DNA from: Caldimicrobium thiodismutans
Lineage (GTDB): Bacteria > Desulfobacterota > Thermodesulfobacteria > Thermodesulfobacteriales > Thermodesulfobacteriaceae
Length of the DNA stretch: 32,000 nt
Assembly: GCF_001548275.1 (NCBI RefSeq)
Contig: NZ_AP014945.1
Location: forward strand, 630,001-662,000
Direction: 5' to 3'
The notes beneath the pieces were generated by a model that did no database searches, was not told the origin of the DNA, and saw nothing but the letters and a program-made list of their open reading frames with translations. Position 1 is the first letter of the stretch. Every line of letters begins with the position of its first letter. The position numbers were made by a program, and so were the translations under genes. Below, piece after piece: positions 9,320 to 16,308 of the stretch.

Positions 9320-9603
9320 GTTCAGTAAATATTGATGAAAAGATCTCAAGTGTAAAGTTTTTTGTGGATGAAGAATATCCTCATCTGCGTATTAAAGATG
9401 AAAAAGTATGTTTAAAGTGCAATGAAAAGCCCTGTCTTAACTTTTGTCCTGCAGGAGTTTATAGGTTAACTGAGGAAGGATCAATTCTTATTAGTTATCA
9501 GGCCTGTTTAGAGTGCGGATCTTGTAGAATTGGATGTCCCTTTGAAAATATTATCTGGAGCTACCCAAGAGGTGGCTTTGGTGTAAACTATAAATTTGGA
9601 TAA
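9313..9603 (+). CDS. fixX: ferredoxin-like protein FixX
   Basis: 96 aa. CPAGVY, ACLECGSCRIGCP and the C-terminal YPRGGFGVNYKFG closely parallel FixX. TTG start lies 6 nt after GGGAGG and overlaps the fixC stop. Confidence 0.9.
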   Translation: MVGSVNIDEKISSVKFFVDEEYPHLRIKDEKVCLKCNEKPCLNFCPAGVYRLTEEGSILISYQACLECGSCRIGCPFENIIWSYPRGGFGVNYKFG

Positions 9604-9613
9604 GGGGTAAGGT

Positions 9614-11722
9614 ATGTCACAAAAAATTCCTTATCAAATAATATTTTATATCTTTTTTTTAGTGGTGCTTTTTTTTGGGGTTTACATTCGCTTTGATGAT
9701 ACCCGTATCTGGGAACAAAATTCAGCTTTTTTCTTCTACAAAGGTGAGCCCCTTTATTCGGAATATGATTCCTTCTACTTTGCAAGGTATGCCCTGGATA
9801 TGAAGGAGGGCCTTTTTAAAAGTGGAGAGATTGATAACTTCCGTTTTTATCCTGATAATTCTTCTCAAGCTAAGCTTAATGATAAGGAATCTTTTGCAGC
9901 AAAATATTCCTATTCGGGGCACTTAATAAGTTACATTTTTTATCTTCTTTCTGAGATTACGGGTAAAAGCGTAGCCTGGCTTACTTACTGGTTGATCCCC
10001 TTTATGGCAGTAACAGTAGCTATACCTTTATTTTTTTATTTCAATACCTTAGGGCTTCCCTGGGCAGGGCTTTTGGGAGGACTGATAGCCCTCTCAGCCC
10101 CGATGTATCTCGGAAGAACAGGTCTTATGCGCCTTGATCACGATGTCTTTAATCTAACTCTACCATTTTTGATAGCCTTCTTCTTTTATCAATTTTTTCA
10201 GAGTAGGTCCCTTAGGGGAAAGACCATCTGGATAGCTCTTTCCAGTGTTACATTAATTTTTTATCAGCTCTGGTATGCCCATTCCAATCTTAATTTTGTA
10301 TTAATTTTGTCCTTTCTTTTTGCTTATTTCTGGGATTACTTAAAGGGCCTTATTTTTAAAAGGGAGGTAAAGAAGCCTTTTTCAAGGCAGGATATTTTAT
10401 TTTTGGGGATCCTCCTTATTCCTCAACTCTGGTATATCTGGGCAGGTCCTTATTATCTCTATTTACAGGTGAAGACCCTGGTTTTTAATTTGAAGAACCC
10501 TACCTCAGCGGATATTCTCTTTAAAGACTTTCCTAATATCTTTATGTCTATTTCTGAGCTCCAGAAGATGAATTTCTGGGAAGTTCTGGCCGCAGTTATA
10601 TTTAATAAGTTTTTGGGTGTGCTGGGTTTAGTGGGAGCCTTTGTGCTCTTTGTTTTTCATTTTAGAAGTCTTATTTTTCTTTTTCCTTTTTTTGTCATAG
10701 GCCTTCTTTCCTTTATTTCTGGAGCAAGGTTTGCCATGTATCTTGCCCCTTTTATTGGTCTTGGCCTTGGGTATTTAGTGCACTTTCTCTTTGAAAAGGC
10801 CTTACCTTATCTTGATATTTATAAAGAGGAATTCAAGCAGAGGCTTGTTACCACCTCAGTTGGGATTTTAATCTTTATTTCAGCTCTTATTGCCCAGAGA
10901 GAGGCCCTTGGGTTACTCAGCACTCCCAAGATATTTTCTCCTTTAGTAAGGGATATGGAGTGGATAAGGATTAATACTCCAAAGAATGCGATAGTCTTTA
11001 GCTGGTGGGATTATGGATACGCCTATCAGCTTTATGCCCGTAGAGCAGTTTTTCATGATGGAGGCTCTCAGGGAAGTCCTAAAACTTATCTTATTGCCAG
11101 AGCACTTTCAACCTCTGATCCCCGTGAGGGCTGGTTGTTGACCTCCTTTATTTCTAATTACGGCCTTTCAGGGCTTGCTAAGATTTTAAAGGAGGGGAAG
11201 ACAGCAAAAGAGGTAGTTGAAGAGATTAAAAAGGGCAAATATACTAAATCAATTAAAGATCCCATTTATTGGGTCTTTACCGATGATCTCATTTCCAAAT
11301 TTGGCTGGATTTATTATTTTGGAAGTTATGATTTTGATAAAAGGGAAGGTATTTTTGGTAAAATCATCGCCCCTACCTGTAAAATTATAGCCTCAAATCT
11401 TATTCAATGCCCTGAATTACAGGATGCAATTATTGATCTTAATAACGGGATAATATCTGTTAAAAATGCTTCGGTTCCTTTGAAAAATTTTTATTATTAT
11501 GATGGAAAAACTTTAACTGAAAAGAAATTTTTTGAACAGGGTTATACGATTGAGATTGTAAAAACTGCTTCTAATCAAACCGGTCTTTTTCTTGTTGAGC
11601 CTCCTGCAGATAACTCGCTCTTTAATCAAATGTTTCTTTTAAGAAAATATGATCCTAAATATTTTGAATTAGTTTATGATGATTTTCCTCATGCAGTTAT
11701 ATATCGTGTTAAACCTGAATAG
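9614..11722 (+). CDS. oligosaccharyltransferase, PglB/AglB/STT3 family
   Basis: 702 aa. Polytopic N-terminal membrane domain plus a soluble C-terminal domain. Ordered signatures: EYDSFYFAR (res 50-58), RT-x5-DHD (168-177), SISE (312-315) and WWDYGY (464-469; nt 11003-11020). Confidence 0.85.
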   Translation: MSQKIPYQIIFYIFFLVVLFFGVYIRFDDTRIWEQNSAFFFYKGEPLYSEYDSFYFARYALDMKEGLFKSGEIDNFRFYPDNSSQAKLNDKESFAAKYSYSGHLISYIFYLLSEITGKSVAWLTYWLIPFMAVTVAIPLFFYFNTLGLPWAGLLGGLIALSAPMYLGRTGLMRLDHDVFNLTLPFLIAFFFYQFFQSRSLRGKTIWIALSSVTLIFYQLWYAHSNLNFVLILSFLFAYFWDYLKGLIFKREVKKPFSRQDILFLGILLIPQLWYIWAGPYYLYLQVKTLVFNLKNPTSADILFKDFPNIFMSISELQKMNFWEVLAAVIFNKFLGVLGLVGAFVLFVFHFRSLIFLFPFFVIGLLSFISGARFAMYLAPFIGLGLGYLVHFLFEKALPYLDIYKEEFKQRLVTTSVGILIFISALIAQREALGLLSTPKIFSPLVRDMEWIRINTPKNAIVFSWWDYGYAYQLYARRAVFHDGGSQGSPKTYLIARALSTSDPREGWLLTSFISNYGLSGLAKILKEGKTAKEVVEEIKKGKYTKSIKDPIYWVFTDDLISKFGWIYYFGSYDFDKREGIFGKIIAPTCKIIASNLIQCPELQDAIIDLNNGIISVKNASVPLKNFYYYDGKTLTEKKFFEQGYTIEIVKTASNQTGLFLVEPPADNSLFNQMFLLRKYDPKYFELVYDDFPHAVIYRVKPE

Positions 11723-11733
11723 AGGAGGGAAAG

Positions 11734-12069
11734 ATGATTCTCAATCTTAAAGATCTTCAAATGGAAAAACATCCCAAATTTAAAGGTGTAAAGATTGGTT
11801 TTTTGGTGACCAAGGAAAAACATCCTGAGCTAAGTATCACAGTTCTTGAAATTGATCCCGGTATAGAAATTCCAATTCATCAACATGAAAAGGAGGTTGA
11901 TAGTATCTTTCTTTTAGAGGGTGAGGGAGAGGTTTATCTTGAAGATAAGTGGCAAAAGATTAAATCCGGTGATGTAATTGTTGTATCCCCTGGTATAAGG
12001 CATGGTGTAAAAAATACAGGTTCAACTAAGATGAGATGTTACATTGTTCATGCTCCAGCCCTCTGGTAG
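11734..12069 (+). CDS. cupin domain protein
   Basis: 111 aa. Cupin_2-like metal motifs IHQHEKEVDSIFLLEGEGEV and GDVIVVSPGIRHGVKNTG. GAGGAGGG RBS; starts 11 nt after the OST stop. Confidence 0.8.
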   Translation: MILNLKDLQMEKHPKFKGVKIGFLVTKEKHPELSITVLEIDPGIEIPIHQHEKEVDSIFLLEGEGEVYLEDKWQKIKSGDVIVVSPGIRHGVKNTGSTKMRCYIVHAPALW

Positions 12070-12111
12070 AATTTAATCTTTCTTAAACGAGGCAAAAGAG
12101 GTGATAAGAGT

Positions 12112-13020
12112 ATGGAAATTCATGATAAGGCAAGAATTTTAATCTCAGCTCTTCCCTATTTTAGGGATTTTTATGGCAAGATTCTGGTGATTAAATATGG
12201 TGGACATGCCATGGTGGCTGAAGATCTAAAACAGGCCTTTGCTCAGGATATAGTGCTAATGAAATATGTAGGTATAAAGCCTATTATTGTTCACGGAGGT
12301 GGGCCTCAAATTACGCAGGTCATGGAAAAAATGGGGTTAAAGCCAACTTTTATTGAGGGGCAGAGGGTAACTGATGAGGAGACCATGAATGTTGTTGAAA
12401 TGGTCTTAGTTGGAACGGTCAATAAAAAGATTGTTAGCCTTATAAATCAAGCAGGCGGGCTTGCTGTTGGACTTTCAGGAAGAGACGGGAATCTTGTTGA
12501 GGTTGAAAAAATGACCCTTTATAAATACACTGGTGAGGATAGACCTCCTGAAATCATTGATATAGGAAGGGTAGGGAAGGTAAGGCAAGTAAATCCTGCG
12601 GTGCTTTTTACATTAATTGAAAGGGGATTTATTCCAGTAATAGCTCCGGTGGGAGTGGGACCTGAGGGTGATGCTTACAATGTTAATGCAGATCTTGTGG
12701 CAGGGGCTATTGCTTCAGCCATAAAGGCAGAAAAACTTATTTACCTCTCAGATGTAGAAGGTGTTAAAGATGAAAAGGGAAAACTTATTTCAACTCTATT
12801 TATTCATGATATTGAAGATCTCTTAGAAAGGGGCATTGCTAAGGGAGGTATGATTCCAAAACTTAAGAGTGCTCGCAAGGCAATAACCACAGGGGTAAAA
12901 AAGGTCCATATTATAGATGGAAGAGTTCCCCATAGTCTTCTTATTGAACTATTTACAGATGAGGGCTTAGGTACTCAAATCCTTTCTGCGGAGGAACCAG
13001 ATGGAGGAGATCCTTCTTGA
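12112..13020 (+). CDS. argB: acetylglutamate kinase
   Basis: 302 aa. Motifs VIKYGGHAM, IIVHGGGPQI, GQRVTDEETM and NVNADLVAGAIA are classic ArgB amino-acid kinase signatures. Confidence 0.93.
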   Translation: MEIHDKARILISALPYFRDFYGKILVIKYGGHAMVAEDLKQAFAQDIVLMKYVGIKPIIVHGGGPQITQVMEKMGLKPTFIEGQRVTDEETMNVVEMVLVGTVNKKIVSLINQAGGLAVGLSGRDGNLVEVEKMTLYKYTGEDRPPEIIDIGRVGKVRQVNPAVLFTLIERGFIPVIAPVGVGPEGDAYNVNADLVAGAIASAIKAEKLIYLSDVEGVKDEKGKLISTLFIHDIEDLLERGIAKGGMIPKLKSARKAITTGVKKVHIIDGRVPHSLLIELFTDEGLGTQILSAEEPDGGDPS

Positions 13021-15655
13021 AAAAAGTTATGATCCAAAAAAGGTAGAGGACAAATGGTATAAGATCTGGGAAGAAAAGAGGCTCTTTGAACCCACCTATG
13101 ACCCGAAAAAACCCAAATTTTCAATGGTTATCCCTCCTCCCAATGTGACTGGCTCTCTTCATATTGGGCATGCTCTAAATAACACCATTCAGGATCTCTT
13201 GGCACGATATAAAAGGATGGATGGCTTTGATGTGCTCTGGGTGCCTGGCACAGATCATGCTGGAATTGCAACCCAAAATGTAGTTGAGAGAGAACTAAGT
13301 AAAGAGGGGCTAAGTAGAGCTGATCTTGGGAGAGAGAGGTTTTTGCAAAAGGTTTGGGAATGGAAAGAACGCTTTGGAAATCGCATTATTGAACAGCTCA
13401 AAAAACTTGGAGCAAGCTGTAGCTGGAGTTATCAAAGGTTTACTATGGACGAAGGCCTTTCAAGGGCTGTAAGAGAGGTGTTTTGTAAACTCTGGGAAGA
13501 GGGACTTATTTATCAAGGAGATTATATCATAAACTGGTGCCCAAGATGCTACACTGCCTTAGCTGATCTGGAGGTGGAATTTGAGCCCACAGCAGGAAAA
13601 CTTTGGTATCTGAAATATCCCCTTGAGGATAGCTCTGGTTATATAGTTGTTGCAACCACCCGTCCAGAGACCATGCTTGGGGATACAGCAGTTGCTGTGC
13701 ATCCCGAGGATGCAAGATATAGAGCTTTAATAGGTAAAAGGTTAAGGCTACCACTTTTGGGAAGATTAATCCCTATTATTGCTGACAAAGTAGTAGATCC
13801 TGAGTTTGGAACAGGAGCTGTAAAGGTTACTCCAGCACATGATTTTAATGATTTTGAAATGGCTAAAAGGCATGGACTTCCTTCAGTTAAAGTTATTGAC
13901 GAATCAGGAGTTATGACTAAGGAAGCTGGCCCATATGCGGGATTGGATAGATTTACAGCAAGAAAGGAGGTGCTCAAAGATTTACAGGAAGGTGGTTTTC
14001 TATTAAAGGAAGAGGATTATGAAGTTGTTCTTGGGCATTGTTATCGCTGTGGAACAATTATTGAACCTCTTCTATCAAAGCAATGGTTTGTAAAAATGAA
14101 ACCCCTTGCTCAACCTGCTATATCAGCAGTGGACTATGGATTTATAAATTTTTATCCTGATAGCTGGAAAAACCTTTATTTTGATTGGATGAGAAACATT
14201 AGAGACTGGTGTATTTCCCGTCAGATTTGGTGGGGGCATAGGATTCCTGTTTGGTATTGTGAGTCCTGTGGTGAAATAAATGTCTCAAGAGAGGACCCTA
14301 ATAGGTGTTCTGCCTGTGGAGGAGAGAATCTCAGAGCTGAAGAGGATGTCCTTGATACCTGGTTTTCTTCTGCCCTCTGGCCCTTTTCAACCTTAGGATG
14401 GCCTGAAAAAACAGAGACCCTTAAGGCCTTTTATCCCACCTCAGTCCTTGTAACAAGCTTTGATATAATATTTTTTTGGGTTGCTCGCATGATTATGATG
14501 GGAGAGCACTTTATGGGGGCTATTCCCTTTAAAAAGGTTTATATTCATGCCCTGGTAAGAGATGAAAAAGGCCAAAAGATGAGCAAAAGTAAGGGGAATG
14601 TTATTGATCCCTTAGAGATGATAGAGAACTTTGGCTGTGATGCCCTGAGGTTTACTCTTATTGCCCTTGCTGCTCAGGGAAGAGACATTAAGCTTTCTAT
14701 TGATCGTATAGAAGGCTATAAACACTTTATCAATAAGATCTGGAATGCGGGAAGATTTGTTCTCATGAACCTTAAGGATCTTAATAAGGATGATTTTGCT
14801 GAAATTGATTATAAAGATTTACCGCTTTTTTCTCGGTGGATCCTTTCCAAACTGAATGAAACTATTCTTTATGTTAGAGAAAAACTTGAGGAGTTTGAAT
14901 TTGACCAGTCTGCTATGAGACTTTATCACTTTTTCTGGGACAATTTCTGCGATTGGTATCTTGAGATTGCTAAGGTTTACCTCCAAGATAAGAATCTAAA
15001 AAGGGGAACCCAGGTTGTTTTGCATAGGGTATTTTCAGATACCTTGAAACTTTTACATCCCTTTATCCCCTTTATTACAGAAGAACTTTGGAGTTTTTTA
15101 CCCTTCAAGGAAAAGGAAAATCTCCTTAAAGAAAGTTATCCTCGAACCTTTGAAATAGCTTTTAGTCCTGAAGAACGCCATTTAACGGATCATATCTTTG
15201 AAATTATTACAGCTATTAGAAATGTTAAGGCCGAATATAATCTTGCCCCAAATCGGGATATCCCTGTTTTTTATGTTAATACGGGGGATATAATTAATAA
15301 AGTAAGGAATGAAGAAAAGATCATTACTACTCTTTCCAGGGTTGAGGACATTAATTTTGTGGAAAAACACGAGAAACAAAAGGGTGAAGTGGCTTTTATT
15401 TTAACCTCCGGGGAGTTGTTTTTAAATTTAACAAAACATCTTGACTTTAAAAAAGAAAAAAATAAACTTCTTAAAGAAATGGAAAAAATTGAGAAAAAAA
15501 TGAAATTACTTAATGAAAAATTATCAAACCCTCAATTTTTAGAGAAGGCTCCTCAGGAAATTATAGAAAAAGAAAAAAAGACTTTTTATGAGCTTTCTGA
15601 AAGAGCTAAAAAAATTAAAAAACTCCTTGAGGAGATAGAATATGCCTGTAGATAA
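13001..15655 (+). CDS. valS: valine--tRNA ligase
   Basis: 884 aa. HIGH motif PPPNVTGSLHIGHALN, KMSKS motif (GQKMSKSKGNVIDP), an editing domain and a C-terminal K/E-rich coiled coil. The start overlaps the argB 3' end by 20 nt. Confidence 0.97.
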   Translation: MEEILLEKSYDPKKVEDKWYKIWEEKRLFEPTYDPKKPKFSMVIPPPNVTGSLHIGHALNNTIQDLLARYKRMDGFDVLWVPGTDHAGIATQNVVERELSKEGLSRADLGRERFLQKVWEWKERFGNRIIEQLKKLGASCSWSYQRFTMDEGLSRAVREVFCKLWEEGLIYQGDYIINWCPRCYTALADLEVEFEPTAGKLWYLKYPLEDSSGYIVVATTRPETMLGDTAVAVHPEDARYRALIGKRLRLPLLGRLIPIIADKVVDPEFGTGAVKVTPAHDFNDFEMAKRHGLPSVKVIDESGVMTKEAGPYAGLDRFTARKEVLKDLQEGGFLLKEEDYEVVLGHCYRCGTIIEPLLSKQWFVKMKPLAQPAISAVDYGFINFYPDSWKNLYFDWMRNIRDWCISRQIWWGHRIPVWYCESCGEINVSREDPNRCSACGGENLRAEEDVLDTWFSSALWPFSTLGWPEKTETLKAFYPTSVLVTSFDIIFFWVARMIMMGEHFMGAIPFKKVYIHALVRDEKGQKMSKSKGNVIDPLEMIENFGCDALRFTLIALAAQGRDIKLSIDRIEGYKHFINKIWNAGRFVLMNLKDLNKDDFAEIDYKDLPLFSRWILSKLNETILYVREKLEEFEFDQSAMRLYHFFWDNFCDWYLEIAKVYLQDKNLKRGTQVVLHRVFSDTLKLLHPFIPFITEELWSFLPFKEKENLLKESYPRTFEIAFSPEERHLTDHIFEIITAIRNVKAEYNLAPNRDIPVFYVNTGDIINKVRNEEKIITTLSRVEDINFVEKHEKQKGEVAFILTSGELFLNLTKHLDFKKEKNKLLKEMEKIEKKMKLLNEKLSNPQFLEKAPQEIIEKEKKTFYELSERAKKIKKLLEEIEYACR

Positions 15656-15931
15656 AAGATTTTATACCCCTTACCAAGTCTTTTTAGAGGGAACAGCTTC
15701 TCATGAAAAGGGATTTCATTATCCTATCCCATAAAAGAAGGGGATCATCTGAATTTGGTTATAAAGGGTAATAAAACTTTTAAAGTAAAGGGAGTAAAAT
15801 GGATGATAGAAGGAAATAATATGGTAATTGGTTTGAAGTTTGATCCTTTGGACATGGAAACCACCCAAATTTTATCGGCGTTTTTATCATCTTTGGCCCT
15901 TTCTTCTCTTTCTTATACCTATCTTAGATAA
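15642..15931 (+). pseudogene. degenerate PilZ-like gene, interrupted (frame change near the A4 run at 15706-15709)
   Basis: Frame A (15642-15734) reads MPVDKRFYTPYQVFLEGTASHEKGFHYPIP*. Frame B is open from 15707 to 15931: KGISLSYPIKEGDHLNLVIKGNKTFKVKGVKWMIEGNNMVIGLKFDPLDMETTQILSAFLSSLA. The two parts align with the halves of the neighbouring PilZ gene (GDxLxLxIK...KxKxxVxW...G[VL]KF). The DxSxxG motif is degenerate (GISLSY). Confidence 0.4.
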
Positions 15932-16308
15932 ATGGGCCTTGAAAAACGATATTATACAAGACATCATTTAAGGTGTGAGTGTGTAATAGCCTTTGAATCA
16001 GGAATTAAAACACAGGATGAAATTTTAGACATCAGTGCTGAGGGAGCAAGACTCAGAATTGATACAGTTTTTTTATTGATTCTGGGGATATACTTTATTT
16101 AAATATAAAATGTAAATATAAAATAAAGCTTAAAGCGCAGGTTCGCTGGGTGAAGCAAAATAAATTCACAGAATTTGGAGTGAAGTTTATTGAAATGTCC
16201 ATGCAAGAGAGAGAGTCTCTATCTCAGTTAATATCAGAAATGGCTTTTTCTACTCTCTCTCCTAAATTTATTTGGATTAATCCTTTACATTTAGTTTCAC
16301 CAATTTAG
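15932..16308 (+). pseudogene. PilZ domain gene interrupted by a frameshift in a T7 run (16068-16074)
   Basis: 5' part (15932-16102): MGLEKRYYTRHHL...DEILDISAEGARLRIDT, carrying the PilZ RxxxR and DxSxxG motifs. The 3' continuation lies in another frame from about 16072: FFIDSGDILYLNIKCKYKIKLKAQVRWVKQNKFTEFGVKFIEMS...; stop at 16306-16308. Adding one T to the T7 run restores a PilZ protein of about 125 aa. The 3' end would overlap the smc stop. Confidence 0.6.

Noticed and set aside
13244-13260. Sigma-54-like element TGGCAC-N5-ATGCT within valS. Several other TGGCA(C/T) hits were checked on both strands (e.g. about 1552, 22866, 27345, 27797, 30700).
   Set aside because: All lie inside coding regions. 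They lack the TTGC(A/T) -12 element or have wrong spacing, and none precedes a gene start.
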